This document shows positions 9,550-19,765 of a stretch of DNA of 64,000 bases, piece by piece. The translations under genes were made by a program, and so were the position numbers. The DNA lies in NCBI GenBank assembly GCA_964539135.1, contig CAZIFG010000001.1:83713-147712 (forward strand), in the 5' to 3' direction. The DNA is from an uncultured Rickettsiales bacterium (lineage in GTDB: Bacteria > Margulisbacteria > Marinamargulisbacteria > GCA-2716485 > CAZIFG01). The notes beneath the pieces were generated by a model, which was not told where the DNA came from, made no database searches, and saw nothing but the letters and a program-made list of their open reading frames with translations. Position 1 is the first letter of the stretch; each line of letters begins with the position of its first letter.

Positions 9550-10505
9550 TGTTACGTATCGACAATTTAAAGACAACGTTTAAAGTGGGATCTGAAACGC
9601 TGAGGGCGGTAGATGGGGTTTCGTTTTCTATTCCTAAAGGTAAGGTTTTGGGCATTGTTGGGGAATCGGGATCAGGTAAAAGTGTCACGGCCTTATCTGT
9701 TTTGGGACTTTTGCCAGGATCCGCTACCTTGAGTGGTTCGGTGACGTGGAACGATCAGGAATTGGTGGGGGCGAAACAGTCTGTTTTAAAACGCATTCGA
9801 GGGGGCGAAATTGGTCTTATTTTTCAAAATGCTTTGGCGGCCTTTAATCCTGTATTTACCTTGGGCCAACAGATGATCGAGACGCTTCGGTTGCATCACG
9901 ATTTTACAAAGTCTGAGGCGAAAGAAAAGGCCGTAGAGTGGCTGATTCGGGTGAATATTCCAGATCCAGAACTTCGGATGACACAATATCCCCATGAATT
10001 TTCTTTGGGGATGTGTCAGCGCATGATGATTGCGTTGACTCTGTCTATGCAGCCGTCTTTACTGATTGCGGATGAACCGACGGCCTCTTTGGATGTGACT
10101 ATTCAGGCGCAGATCTTGACATTGCTTCGGGATTTACAGCGGGAATTGGGCATGTCGGTGTGGATGATTTCTCATGATTTGGGCGTGATTGCGCAAACCT
10201 GCGATGAAATAGCTGTTATGTATTTGGGTAAAATTGTGGAGCAAGGCACTCCTTTGGCTTTGTTTTCGGCGCCGCAACATCCCTATACACAGGCTCTGAT
10301 TGCGGCGATTCCTAAAGCAGATCCTCGCATTCATCAAGAGTGGAAGGGCTTAGAGGGGGACATTCCCAGTCCTTTACATTTACCATCCGGATGTCGGTTT
10401 CACCCAAGATGCCCGGAGTGTTTTTCCAGGTGCAAACAAGAAGAGCCAGAGCTTCGGGTTGTGAGAGAATCTAAAGTAGCGTGTTTTGCACGGATTGCTG
10501 TATAA
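9546..10505 (+). CDS. oppD: Peptide ABC transporter ATP-binding protein
   Basis: GESGSGKS Walker A, LLIADEPT Walker B, C-terminal GCRFHPRC motif. Confidence 0.92.
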   Translation: MMLRIDNLKTTFKVGSETLRAVDGVSFSIPKGKVLGIVGESGSGKSVTALSVLGLLPGSATLSGSVTWNDQELVGAKQSVLKRIRGGEIGLIFQNALAAFNPVFTLGQQMIETLRLHHDFTKSEAKEKAVEWLIRVNIPDPELRMTQYPHEFSLGMCQRMMIALTLSMQPSLLIADEPTASLDVTIQAQILTLLRDLQRELGMSVWMISHDLGVIAQTCDEIAVMYLGKIVEQGTPLALFSAPQHPYTQALIAAIPKADPRIHQEWKGLEGDIPSPLHLPSGCRFHPRCPECFSRCKQEEPELRVVRESKVACFARIAV

Positions 10506-10541
10506 TTATTTAATAGTGGTTTAGTTATAAGGAGATGTTAC

Positions 10542-11372
10542 GTGAAATTGAATCAAAAACGTTGGATTTATACTGTTTTTTTGGGTTTAGTTATGCTTAC
10601 TTTGACAGCTTGTGGCAGTTCTTCTGGTGGTTCCAGTGGCAATAGTGGGGGACTTCACAGTATTATGGGGGCTCGAGCACAAGATCGTGCTGCTTTGGTT
10701 TTGGTTGATGGTAAAGAGTTTAAGACCACTCAAGAGCGTCCTGGTACTTCACCTTCTCGTTTTTCTGGCGCTTCTTTCTTGTCTTTATCGTCTGTTTCAA
10801 GTATGCCTGCCTTTGTTACCTTGAATGGAACTGTGTACCCTGTTGGATCGGGAAGTACTGTTACTTATGAAGGACAGGATTATAGTCTTTATTATAGCGC
10901 TTCCGTGACTGAAAATTTCACGTGTTTATATCGATTTTTAATGGGGGATCCTAATGTAATTGATGTGGTTCAGTCCTTAAAGACGCTTGCTTTTACGACT
11001 TTTTTTACAGGGGTAGAACGTTATTCTAGTGGAGTAGAGGGTATTACGGCTAACGTTACGTTTTCTGGAAGGGTGTCTTACTTTAATGAGGATGGATCTT
11101 CTTTGGCTGAATTTCGTATTCAATCTGGGAGTCTTACGGTTTTTGTTTCGTTTGGTATGCTGCCTCCAATGTCTTCTTTTGTTTATCCTTTTACATTAAC
11201 CGTTTCAGGGCATGAGTATATTGGCCAGTTTGTCGGGAATGAGAGTTCTGAATTTGCAGTGGCAGAGTTATATACTGTGGATGGGACTCGTCAAGTAGGG
11301 CAGGTTCGCCTTACAAATGATGATAAATTGGATATTTTGTTTTATGACGAATCTGGGAATTTGTCTCAATAA
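10542..11372 (+). CDS. Hypothetical lipoprotein
   Basis: AAGGAG RBS; signal peptide with lipobox LTAC followed by a Gly/Ser linker. Confidence 0.75.
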   Translation: MKLNQKRWIYTVFLGLVMLTLTACGSSSGGSSGNSGGLHSIMGARAQDRAALVLVDGKEFKTTQERPGTSPSRFSGASFLSLSSVSSMPAFVTLNGTVYPVGSGSTVTYEGQDYSLYYSASVTENFTCLYRFLMGDPNVIDVVQSLKTLAFTTFFTGVERYSSGVEGITANVTFSGRVSYFNEDGSSLAEFRIQSGSLTVFVSFGMLPPMSSFVYPFTLTVSGHEYIGQFVGNESSEFAVAELYTVDGTRQVGQVRLTNDDKLDILFYDESGNLSQ

Positions 11373-11422
11373 ATAGATCTTCTTTATCAGTTAGGGGTTT
11401 GAATTATACTCAAGCTTCTTTT

Positions 11423-12349
11423 TTATAGAAATAAATACAAACTGATTAAACTGAGGACAATGGTTGTGGCGTAGGCCAAGAGGGATACTTGTTTGGCATT
11501 GAGACCTTTTCTCATCAATTGATGGTGAAAATGGTGGTTGTCGGCTTCAAAAATAGACTTTCTTTGTGTCATGCGTCGGATGATGGAAAAGGTGGTGTCT
11601 GAAATGGGAATGCCTAAAATTAGAATGGGAATTAAAAAGGAGACAATGGCAGTACTTTTGAGTACACCAATGACGGAAATCGTGGCCATGAGATAGCCTA
11701 AAAGCATGGATCCTGTGTCTCCCATAAAGATTTTTGCTGGTGAAAAATTAAAACGTAAAAATCCGAGACAGGCGCCGGATAATGCCAATGTCAGATAGGC
11801 GGCAAGGGGTTGTCCTGACGAAAAGGCGCTGATGGACAGGAAAAAAGCGGCAATACCTGTGACACCTGCTGCCAGGCCGTCGACGCCATCGAGTAAATTA
11901 ATGCAATTAATGAGGCCTACAATCCAAAATACGGTGAGGATGGGGCCGATGATTCCCAGTGGAATGGTATCATTAAAGAGATGAATAGATCCTATGCTTA
12001 ATCCCATTTTTGTGGTTAGAGAGGCAATAATAATTTGGGCCAAGAGTTTGTTGCGGGGACGCATGCCCATGATGTCATCAATGAGCCCTACAATGACAAT
12101 TAAACTGCTGCCTAGGCATATGGAGAGTACAATGGGAGATACCGGGAGAATGCTGATCATGGCGATAATAAAGCCAATAAAAATGGCAATGCCGCCCAGT
12201 TGAGGGGTGGGTATGGCATGACTTTTTCGGCCTTGAGGATGGTCTAAAATATTCAGTTTTTTGGCAAGTCGAATGACCCATGGGGTGAGTCCCCAGGAAA
12301 CAAGTGCGGCGACGATTATTAAGGCGCATGATAAACTAAGTGTAGTCAT
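11423..12349 (-). CDS. wecA: Undecaprenyl-phosphate GlcNAc-1-phosphate transferase (WecA/TagO, MraY-like family)
   Basis: TPQLGG, VGLIDD, NLLDGVDGLA, IFMGDTGS, HFHHQL. Confidence 0.9.
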   Translation of the reverse strand: MTTLSLSCALIIVAALVSWGLTPWVIRLAKKLNILDHPQGRKSHAIPTPQLGGIAIFIGFIIAMISILPVSPIVLSICLGSSLIVIVGLIDDIMGMRPRNKLLAQIIIASLTTKMGLSIGSIHLFNDTIPLGIIGPILTVFWIVGLINCINLLDGVDGLAAGVTGIAAFFLSISAFSSGQPLAAYLTLALSGACLGFLRFNFSPAKIFMGDTGSMLLGYLMATISVIGVLKSTAIVSFLIPILILGIPISDTTFSIIRRMTQRKSIFEADNHHFHHQLMRKGLNAKQVSLLAYATTIVLSLISLYLFL

Positions 12350-12403
12350 AAGTCTTCAGTGTTGATTATACTGGATTTAACTTAAAGAAGGGAAGGATAA
12401 GAA

Positions 12404-13387
12404 ATGGCGAAAAGACGTTTGTTAAGTGGGATTAAGCCGACAGGGCGATTGCATTTGGGTAATTATTTAGGCGCTGTATCTAATTGGGTTCGATTGCAGG
12501 ACGAATTTGATTGTTTTTTTATGATTGCGGATTATCATGCCTTGACCAGTGTTTATGAAGATCCTAAACAATTGCGTCAGGATAAATTGGAATTGGCGAT
12601 CGATTTGCTTTCTTTGGGGGTGGATCCTCAGAAGTCGTGTTTGTTTTTTCAGTCAGATGTGATGGAGCACGCGGAGTTACATCTTTTATTGTCTATGATG
12701 ACGCCTTTATCGTGGCTGGAACGTGTGCCTACTTATAAATCAACTTTACAATCAAGCGCTTCTAAGGATTTGTCTACTTATGGATTTTTGGGCTATCCGG
12801 TGCTTCAAGCCGCAGATATTATGTTGTATAAGGCAGAGGCGGTTCCTGTTGGTAAAGATCAATTGCCTCATTTGGAACTGACACGAGAAATTATTCGTCG
12901 TTTTAATCATTTGTACGGTCATGTTTTTCCTGAACCTACAGATTATTTGACAGATACAACCGCTTTACCGGGATTAGATGGTCAAAAAATGTCCAAGAGT
13001 TATGGCAATACTATCCCTGTAACCAGTTCGGAGGAAGAGCTTCGTGCCTTGGCCATGAAAATGAGCTCGGATCCTGCCCGTGTTCGCCTTACAGACCCCG
13101 GAAATCCGGATCTTTGTACGGTGTATACCTATCATCAGCTTTTTAATGAGTGGCATAGGGTGGAGGCTATTGAGAAGGGATGTCGAGAAGCGTCTTTGGG
13201 ATGTGCGGCGTGCAAAAAAGAATGTGGCGCCCTTTTGGTTTCTTTGTTGCAAGAGTTTAGAGCGACGCGTCATTATTTTGAAGCTCATTTGGATGAAGTG
13301 CATGGTATTTTAGAATTAGGCGCAGCTCATGCACGGACTGTTGCGAAGGAAACGCTTCAGCATGTTCGGTATCATGTGGGGTTGTAA
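12404..13387 (+). CDS. trpS: Tryptophan--tRNA ligase
   Basis: SGIKPTGRLHLGNY, YPVLQAADI, KMSKS. Confidence 0.97.
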   Translation: MAKRRLLSGIKPTGRLHLGNYLGAVSNWVRLQDEFDCFFMIADYHALTSVYEDPKQLRQDKLELAIDLLSLGVDPQKSCLFFQSDVMEHAELHLLLSMMTPLSWLERVPTYKSTLQSSASKDLSTYGFLGYPVLQAADIMLYKAEAVPVGKDQLPHLELTREIIRRFNHLYGHVFPEPTDYLTDTTALPGLDGQKMSKSYGNTIPVTSSEEELRALAMKMSSDPARVRLTDPGNPDLCTVYTYHQLFNEWHRVEAIEKGCREASLGCAACKKECGALLVSLLQEFRATRHYFEAHLDEVHGILELGAAHARTVAKETLQHVRYHVGL

Positions 13388-13390
13388 TTT

Positions 13391-13532
13391 GGGACTGTTG
13401 CGAAACGCCTATTTTGGCCATCTGCTGTGTTATCCTCGTCCTCAAGTCCTCATTTATCACATATAAACTCCGGGCTTTCAGACTTGGAATGCCTTGCATA
13501 TGATCCAAACGTAGGCATTCCGCAACAGTCCC
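13391..13532 (+). mobile_element. Full-length 142-bp palindromic MITE/RPE-like element
   Basis: TIR GGGACTGTTGCG...CGCAACAGTCCC; flanked by AATTT direct repeats (13386-13390, 13533-13537). Confidence 0.92.
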
Positions 13533-13540
13533 AATTTCTT

Positions 13541-13561
13541 GGGCTATTTCGCAAGAGGCTC
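13541..13561. repeat. Lone terminus of a related palindromic element
   Basis: GGGCTATTTCGCAAGAGGCTC resembles the element end TTTCGCAACAGTCCC. Confidence 0.4.
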
Positions 13562-13614
13562 ACTTACGGTACAATAGAGCCAAAACTTAGATAAAGTATT
13601 TAGGAGGACACCTT

Positions 13615-14898
13615 ATGCCATTAGATATCACTCATAAACCGATTCAAATTGATCTTGTTCAGTCTCAAGACCCTGAAATTGCAGCGGCTTTGGATTTAGA
13701 GCGTTTGCGTCAAGAATCTAAAATAGAACTGATTGCTTCTGAAAACTTTACGTCTTTGGCCGTTATGCAAGCGCAGGGAACGTGGTTAACCAATAAATAT
13801 GCCGAAGGATTGCCAGGAAAGCGTTATTATGGAGGATGTGAGCACTGCGATGTGATTGAACAAATCGCGATTGATAGAGCCAAGGCTCTTTTTGGTGCCC
13901 AGTATGCCAATGTTCAACCTCATTCTGGAGCGAATGCCAACTTGGCGGTTTTGTTTGCGCTTATTAAACCTGGAGATACCATTATGGGTTTGAATTTGTC
14001 TCATGGGGGACATTTGACTCATGGATCTCCTGTTGCCATTTCAGGAACGTATTTTAATGTGGTCCAATATGGGGTGGATCCTCAAGATGAGCGCATTAAT
14101 TATGATGAGTTTCAAAAACAAGCAGAGGCGTGCAAGCCTAAATTGATTATTGGTGGGGCTTCTGCGTATTCTCGAATCATTGATTTTGAGCGTATTGGCC
14201 AAATTGCAAAATCAGTTGGCGCTCTTTTTATGGTGGATATGGCACATATTGCGGGTTTGGTTGCGGCTGGGCTGCATCCCAATCCTTGTTTGTATGCGGA
14301 TGTTGTGACCACGACGACGCATAAGACCTTAAGAGGCCCTCGTGGGGGGATTATTTTAACGAATCAAGAAGAATTGGCGAAGGCTATTAATAAAGCTGTG
14401 TTTCCTGGCACTCAAGGGGGGCCTTTGATGCATGTGATTGCTGCTAAAGCGGTTTCTTTTAAAGAAGCATTAGATCCCAGTTTTAAGGTGTATCAAAAAC
14501 AGGTTATTGCCAATGCAAAGGCCATGGCTGAAACTCTCATTCAGAGAGGGATTCGCATTGTATCTGGTGGCACGGATAATCACTTGGTTCTTTTGGATGT
14601 TCGATCTAAAGGCCTTACAGGTAAGGCTGCGGAACTTGCTTTGGATGAAGTGGGGATTACAACCAATAAAAATACCATTCCTTTTGATCCTGAAAGTCCG
14701 TTTGTAACTTCAGGGATTCGTATTGGAGCGCCTGCGATGACAACGCGTGGGATTAAAGAAGCGGAAGCCGTTGAAATTGCGACGATGATTGCGGATCTTT
14801 TAGAAGATCCTTCCAATCCTTCTGTTCAGGATTCTGTCAGACAGCGCGTTAAGGCTCTTACTGCACGTTTTCCCTTATATCCGTCTCTTTTTGCATGA
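13615..14898 (+). CDS. glyA: Serine hydroxymethyltransferase
   Basis: [30 protein letters not shown]-lysine motif. Confidence 0.98.
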   Translation: MPLDITHKPIQIDLVQSQDPEIAAALDLERLRQESKIELIASENFTSLAVMQAQGTWLTNKYAEGLPGKRYYGGCEHCDVIEQIAIDRAKALFGAQYANVQPHSGANANLAVLFALIKPGDTIMGLNLSHGGHLTHGSPVAISGTYFNVVQYGVDPQDERINYDEFQKQAEACKPKLIIGGASAYSRIIDFERIGQIAKSVGALFMVDMAHIAGLVAAGLHPNPCLYADVVTTTTHKTLRGPRGGIILTNQEELAKAINKAVFPGTQGGPLMHVIAAKAVSFKEALDPSFKVYQKQVIANAKAMAETLIQRGIRIVSGGTDNHLVLLDVRSKGLTGKAAELALDEVGITTNKNTIPFDPESPFVTSGIRIGAPAMTTRGIKEAEAVEIATMIADLLEDPSNPSVQDSVRQRVKALTARFPLYPSLFA

Positions 14899-15719
14899 AA
14901 ATCGGATATTTAGGCCCTAAAGGAACCTTTTCTTATGCTGCTTTGATGCAGCTTAATAGAGGGCCCTTGCCGTATGAGGGCGTTGAAATAGGATCTATAG
15001 GAGGGCTTTTTGAGGCTTATACCGCTCATGAGGTGGATGCTATTTTGGTTCCCATTGAAAATTCCTTAGAAGGGCCTGTGACAGGGAGTATGGATGCTTT
15101 GGTTTCTCAGTCTCGTGGGTCTATTGTGTCAGAATTGGAGCTACCCGTTTCACATGCTTTAATGGGATTTGGACCTGATATTCATACCATTCACAGTCAT
15201 ACTCAACCTTTGGGACAGTGTCGATTGTCGATTCAATCGCGTTACCCTCATGCGGAATTAGTGTCTTCTTTATCTACTGCTCAGGCCGCTCAAGATGTTC
15301 TGTTTTTAGGTGAAGGGCATGCTGTTTTGGGGCATGAGGTTCTTTCGGCGTTGTATCATTTGCAGGTTTTAGATCGCAATCTCCAGGATGGAGATGACAA
15401 TACGACTCGCTTTTTTGTGCTTTCAGAGGCGCAAACCGCGCCCACTGGAAAAGACACGACCTCTATTGTTTTTTCTACCCCTCAAGACGTTCCTGGCAGT
15501 CTTTGTGATGTTTTGAGTATTTTTTCTGCGTATGGGATTAATTTGAGTAAAATTAATTCACGCCCAGCAAAAACACATTTGGGCGATTATTTATTTTTTA
15601 TTGATTGTGATGGCCATTATTTAGACGCTGTTTTGAATTCTGTTTTGGATCAGGTTCAAGATAAGACCTCTTTTTATAAATGGTTGGGATCGTACCCTAA
15701 AGGAGTTCGTTATGCTTGA
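14895..15719 (+). CDS. pheA: Prephenate dehydratase (PDT + ACT, no chorismate mutase domain)
   Basis: [29 protein letters not shown]. Confidence 0.92.
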   Translation: MKIGYLGPKGTFSYAALMQLNRGPLPYEGVEIGSIGGLFEAYTAHEVDAILVPIENSLEGPVTGSMDALVSQSRGSIVSELELPVSHALMGFGPDIHTIHSHTQPLGQCRLSIQSRYPHAELVSSLSTAQAAQDVLFLGEGHAVLGHEVLSALYHLQVLDRNLQDGDDNTTRFFVLSEAQTAPTGKDTTSIVFSTPQDVPGSLCDVLSIFSAYGINLSKINSRPAKTHLGDYLFFIDCDGHYLDAVLNSVLDQVQDKTSFYKWLGSYPKGVRYA

Positions 15720-16974
15720 TCCGAAATTAATTCGGGAGGAGAAAGATAGAGTTCATCAGCGTTTATTGCATCGTGGGGAAGGTGCGGCAGCGCTTTTTCA
15801 TACTTTTTTTGAGTTGGATGTTCAATGGCGACATTATCTTCAACGTTTGGATGCGTTGAGAAATGAAAGGACGCAGTTGGCGCCTAAGGGGAAGCCAACC
15901 CCTGAACAATTGGAAGTACTTACGGCCCTTTCCGATCAAATTAAAGCCTTACAAGACAAGGTCCAAGGTTTAGAACAAGAAGTTACGGCATCTGCTTTAT
16001 ATTTGCCTAATATTCCAGATGCCTCTGTGCCTTTGGGGGCCTCAGAATCTGACAATGTTGAAATTTCTAAGTGCGGGGATCTGCCTTCTTTTGCGTTTGA
16101 ACCCAAATCTCATGATGAATTGGGCGGGCAATTGGGAATTTTGGCGTTTGAGGATGCGGCAAAAATTACGGGGTCTCGCTTTGTTATTTATAAAGGGGCG
16201 GGGGCTAAACTTGAGCGGGCCTTGATTTCATTTATGTTGGATGTTCATACTTCTGAACATGGATATGAGGAAATTTTACCGCCTGCAATTGTGCATGAAC
16301 GCAGTTTGAAAGGCACCGGCCAATTGCCTAAATTTGCCGACGATAGTTTTAAATTGGAAGATACAGAGTATTGGTTGAGCCCAACGGCAGAAGTTCAGCT
16401 GACAAATATGGTCGCGGATTCTATTTTAAATGCGGCGGATTTGCCCTTAAAATTGACGGCTTTTACGCCTTGTTTTCGTAAAGAAGCGGGATCTTATGGT
16501 AAAGATATGAAGGGACTGATTCGGCTTCATCAATTTCATAAAGTGGAATTGGTTCAGATTGTATCTCCAGAAGATTCAGATCAGGCTTTAGAATCGTTGA
16601 CTGCTCACGCGGAGCGTATTTTACAGCTTTTGAAACTTCCCTATCGTAAAATTTTATTATGTACAGGGGACATGGGATTTTCGTCGGCAAAGACCTATGA
16701 TTTGGAGGTGTGGTTTCCGTCCCAACATGCGTATCGAGAAATTTCGTCTTGTTCGAAGTTCCTTGATTTTCAAGCCAGACGGGCTATGATAAGATGTAGA
16801 GACTCGGAATCAGGGAAGGTGCGTTATGCCCATACCTTGAATGGCTCGGGATTGGCTGTCGGGCGTACGCTTGCAGCAATTCTTGAGAATTATCAGCTGG
16901 CAGATGGATCTGTTGTGGTTCCAGATGTTTTAAAACCCTATATGGCTTTGGAGAAAATTAGTGTCACAAAATGA
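15712..16974 (+). CDS. serS: Serine--tRNA ligase
   Basis: PTAEV, FRKEAG, HQFHKVE, EISSCS, HTLNGSGLAVGR. Confidence 0.97.
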   Translation: MLDPKLIREEKDRVHQRLLHRGEGAAALFHTFFELDVQWRHYLQRLDALRNERTQLAPKGKPTPEQLEVLTALSDQIKALQDKVQGLEQEVTASALYLPNIPDASVPLGASESDNVEISKCGDLPSFAFEPKSHDELGGQLGILAFEDAAKITGSRFVIYKGAGAKLERALISFMLDVHTSEHGYEEILPPAIVHERSLKGTGQLPKFADDSFKLEDTEYWLSPTAEVQLTNMVADSILNAADLPLKLTAFTPCFRKEAGSYGKDMKGLIRLHQFHKVELVQIVSPEDSDQALESLTAHAERILQLLKLPYRKILLCTGDMGFSSAKTYDLEVWFPSQHAYREISSCSKFLDFQARRAMIRCRDSESGKVRYAHTLNGSGLAVGRTLAAILENYQLADGSVVVPDVLKPYMALEKISVTK

Positions 16975-17239
16975 TGAATATATAAAATTTTTTAAAGCGC
17001 TTGCGAACGAAGAGCGTATTGAAATTGTTAAATTACTCAAAAAAAACAAGGAAATGTTTGCGCAAGATATTGAAAAACGCTTTTATTTGGAACAGTCTAC
17101 AACGTCACATCATTTGAATATGTTGCGGCGTGCGGGTGTTACCAAAGCCAGAAAAGAAGGCCGAAAGGTTTTTTATTCCATTGATTATGATCGTTTTCCT
17201 AAAATTTGGAAGACCTTTGAAACGGTTATTTTGGATTAA
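16961..17239 (+). CDS. ArsR/SmtB-family transcriptional regulator
   Basis: FKALANEERIEI, QSTTSHHLNMLRRAG, RKEGRKVFYS. Confidence 0.9.
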   Translation: MSQNDEYIKFFKALANEERIEIVKLLKKNKEMFAQDIEKRFYLEQSTTSHHLNMLRRAGVTKARKEGRKVFYSIDYDRFPKIWKTFETVILD

Positions 17240-17332
17240 GTTGAGTTTAAAACAGCGCTTTTCAATGCATATTTTGACTCTAAATTGTCGATTTATCGAG
17301 AAGCAAGCTTAATATTAGAGGAGTTTTTTGTT

Positions 17333-17650
17333 ATGAATCATTCAGAATATCTTCCTTCTGACTCTTCTGAAAGCGTGGTTTCCATGCTGGATATCTCTCG
17401 TTCTTTGAGCGCTTCTGAGCGTAAAGAGGTCTTTGAATCGGCTTTAAAAATGGTGTTGCCGCATGTTGGAACCCATCCAGATCAGATTGTTTTAGCTCAA
17501 GTTTTGATTACCTTAAAATTAGAAGGGATTCTTTCAGATGAGTTGTTGGCATCCGATTTTGACATGGTTCGTGTGGTTAAGGATGCCTTTTTAAAAGACC
17601 CTATTCGGGTGAATGATGCGGTGAAAATGGCGAGGAAGCTTTTAAAATAA
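17333..17650 (+). CDS. Hypothetical protein
   Basis: GAGGAG RBS before the ATG at 17333 (track start 17285). Confidence 0.65.
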   Translation: MNHSEYLPSDSSESVVSMLDISRSLSASERKEVFESALKMVLPHVGTHPDQIVLAQVLITLKLEGILSDELLASDFDMVRVVKDAFLKDPIRVNDAVKMARKLLK

Positions 17651-17659
17651 GGAGCACTC

Positions 17660-17875
17660 ATGTCGACGTATAATCCTGATTTTTTTAAAGCCAATAAGCC
17701 TTCAGAACGCCTGATTCATCATATTTCGGATATTTTGAGTGATTTAGATCCTAAGTTAAAAGATTCTTTTTTAGCGGATATGAAAAAAGAGCTTGCAGGA
17801 ACGGGGACTCCGGAGCATTTTGATTTGTCTCATATTGATTTATCGCAGAAGGACTTATTTCAAAAAGGGAGCTAA
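17660..17875 (+). CDS. Hypothetical small protein
   Basis: AAGGAG RBS; tightly packed in a three-gene run. Confidence 0.65.
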   Translation: MSTYNPDFFKANKPSERLIHHISDILSDLDPKLKDSFLADMKKELAGTGTPEHFDLSHIDLSQKDLFQKGS

Positions 17876-17878
17876 GTC

Positions 17879-18196
17879 ATGGATATTTCCTCATTGCATG
17901 GAACTTCAGATTTAGGCGCTAAAAAACAGGGAAAACCTCAGCAAGCTTTAGAAGATCCAGCTGTTTTTGGGCGTATGTTGAATTCTAAAGCAGCAGAATT
18001 GGTTCAGCGAGGAGCGGTTCAAGGTCCTACAGAAACCTTTGCGTCTCAAATTGCCTCTAAAAAAGTGAAACAGATTTCTCAAGAGGATGATCCTGATGAT
18101 GAAAATAGAGAAGAAACGGTAGAAGAGACTTTAGATAAACTTAAAAAAAAGATGAGAACCTTGATTGCGATTGAACGCAATTTTTTGGGGTTATAA
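17879..18196 (+). CDS. Hypothetical protein with acidic patch and C-terminal helix
   Basis: GGGAG RBS; 3 bp after the previous stop. Confidence 0.65.
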   Translation: MDISSLHGTSDLGAKKQGKPQQALEDPAVFGRMLNSKAAELVQRGAVQGPTETFASQIASKKVKQISQEDDPDDENREETVEETLDKLKKKMRTLIAIERNFLGL

Positions 18197-18223
18197 TTTA
18201 GGGGATTCTTCCTTCCCCCCCCT

Positions 18224-18300
18224 CGTCATTCTGCGCGAAGTGTAACGTAGTCGCAGAATCCATATTCGCACCCTTCTGGATGCTGCGACTTTGCGCTCAT
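18224..18300. repeat. CGTC-type REP-like palindromic element between convergent genes
   Basis: CGTCATTCTGCG..CGCAGAATCCA; AGTCGCAGAATCCA (18249-18262) pairs 13/14 with TGGATGCTGCGACT (18277-18290). Confidence 0.65.
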
Positions 18301-18350
18301 GCGTTCGCCGGCTTTGACCTTTTTTTAAGATCGGATATTAAACGCTTTTT

Positions 18351-19169
18351 TTATTGAATTTGGCTTATGGCTTTGACCATTTCCATGCTTTGTTTGTGAC
18401 CCGATTTAATGCCGACAATGCAGGCATTGATGGGACGCTGTAAAATCCACAAGTCGCCGATTAAATCTAAACATTTATGTCTGGCGCATTCATTGGGAAA
18501 TCGTAGCGGGCTTAGATATTCCTTTTCTCCAATAACCAGCGCATTATCTAAATTGCCCCCTTTTCCCAGGCCTCTTTCAATAAGGGTTTGAATTTCTGCA
18601 TAAAATCCAAAGGTTCGTGCTGCTGCAATCTCGTCTAAAAAGGAATCCTGAGAGGGGCTGTATTTGGCGGATTGTTGGCCTACAATGGTATTGGGATAGT
18701 TTAAAAAATAAATAAATGAGGGTTCTTTTGAGGGAATGGCGATGATACTGGCGCTTTCCTCTTCAATTATGATAGGGGTGTCTAATATAATAGGGGTGTT
18801 TTCTGCTTTCTGGTTTTGAGTGCCACCGTTTTCTAGAATGCCTTCTATGAATTTTTTTGCACTGCCATCTAAAATGGGAATCTCTTCGCTGTTGCAATGA
18901 ATGGTGATATTGGAAATTTTTAGCGCATAGAGTGCGGCCATGAGGTGCTCTGGGGTTTTGATACTTGCTTTTCCATTTGAAAGCGCTGTTGCTCTTGGGG
19001 TGTGCTGGACGGTCGTTTCGTTTACTTGTAGTGTTTCATTTATATCGGTTCTGAGGAAGGTGATTCCGGATCCCAATGGGGCAGGATGCAGTGTTAATTG
19101 GGCGTCTTTTCCAGAGTGTATCCCAACGCCCTTAAAGGAACATGTGTTTTTAATGGTATGATGGTTCAT
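18351..19169 (-). CDS. lpxC: UDP-3-O-acyl-N-acetylglucosamine deacetylase
   Basis: GVGIHSG, TPEHLMAAL, PILDGSA, ARTFGF, HKCLDLIGDL. Confidence 0.95.
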   Translation of the reverse strand: MNHHTIKNTCSFKGVGIHSGKDAQLTLHPAPLGSGITFLRTDINETLQVNETTVQHTPRATALSNGKASIKTPEHLMAALYALKISNITIHCNSEEIPILDGSAKKFIEGILENGGTQNQKAENTPIILDTPIIIEEESASIIAIPSKEPSFIYFLNYPNTIVGQQSAKYSPSQDSFLDEIAAARTFGFYAEIQTLIERGLGKGGNLDNALVIGEKEYLSPLRFPNECARHKCLDLIGDLWILQRPINACIVGIKSGHKQSMEMVKAISQIQ

Positions 19170-19698
19170 TTTCTAACTTTTTAAGGGCATGCTTAATATG
19201 GGAAATGGCGCGATAGATATTAAAGGGGTAGGGGACTTTGAGACTAATATCCGCACTTTTTTCATATAAACTTAAACGTTCTTCGTAAATTTCTTTAAAA
19301 GACTTAGGCTCAGGCGATACGATGCCTCGTGTTTCGATATTGGGAATGCGTTGAAGAATGTGTTCAAATGAATCTTTAAGATAAATGACAGTGGAATGGG
19401 CTTTGAGATGGCGCATGGCATCTGTTGCATAAATGACACTACCACCTGTAGAGATGACTGCTTTTTCAGGGAGTTCTAGAGCTGCAATGATCTTGTTTTC
19501 GGTTTCTAAAAATTGTGTTTGAGAGGTGCTTTTAATGTACTGATGCAGGGTTTGGTTTAGGGTCTGTTCTAATATGTGATCTGTATCCATAAATACGACT
19601 TTCAGTTGCTTGGCCAGTTTTCTGCCAATGGTTGTTTTTCCGACGCCAGACATGCCGATCAATGTGATTTTGTGTTTCTTTTCTGCTTTAATTGTCAT
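19150..19698 (-). CDS. aroK: Shikimate kinase
   Basis: LIGMSGVGKTT, ISTGGS; start moved to the ATG at 19698 to avoid overlap with ridA. Confidence 0.9.
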   Translation of the reverse strand: MTIKAEKKHKITLIGMSGVGKTTIGRKLAKQLKVVFMDTDHILEQTLNQTLHQYIKSTSQTQFLETENKIIAALELPEKAVISTGGSVIYATDAMRHLKAHSTVIYLKDSFEHILQRIPNIETRGIVSPEPKSFKEIYEERLSLYEKSADISLKVPYPFNIYRAISHIKHALKKLENEPSYH

Positions 19699-19765
19699 CC
19701 TTTTTTTATTATAACAAAAGAGTTCCTGTGTTACACTACTTCCAATTCTTTTTATGAGGTGACAG

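Noticed and set aside
9546-10505. Missing oppF as a sign of a broken transporter
   Set aside because: A second ATPase may be encoded elsewhere or OppD may homodimerise; no pseudogene trace is seen.
18215-18222. C8 tract as a phase-variation switch
   Set aside because: It lies between convergent 3' ends, not in a promoter or CDS.
18224-18320. tRNA gene
   Set aside because: No cloverleaf, no GTTCRA T-loop in a proper stem and no acceptor stem; it fits a REP-like palindrome better.
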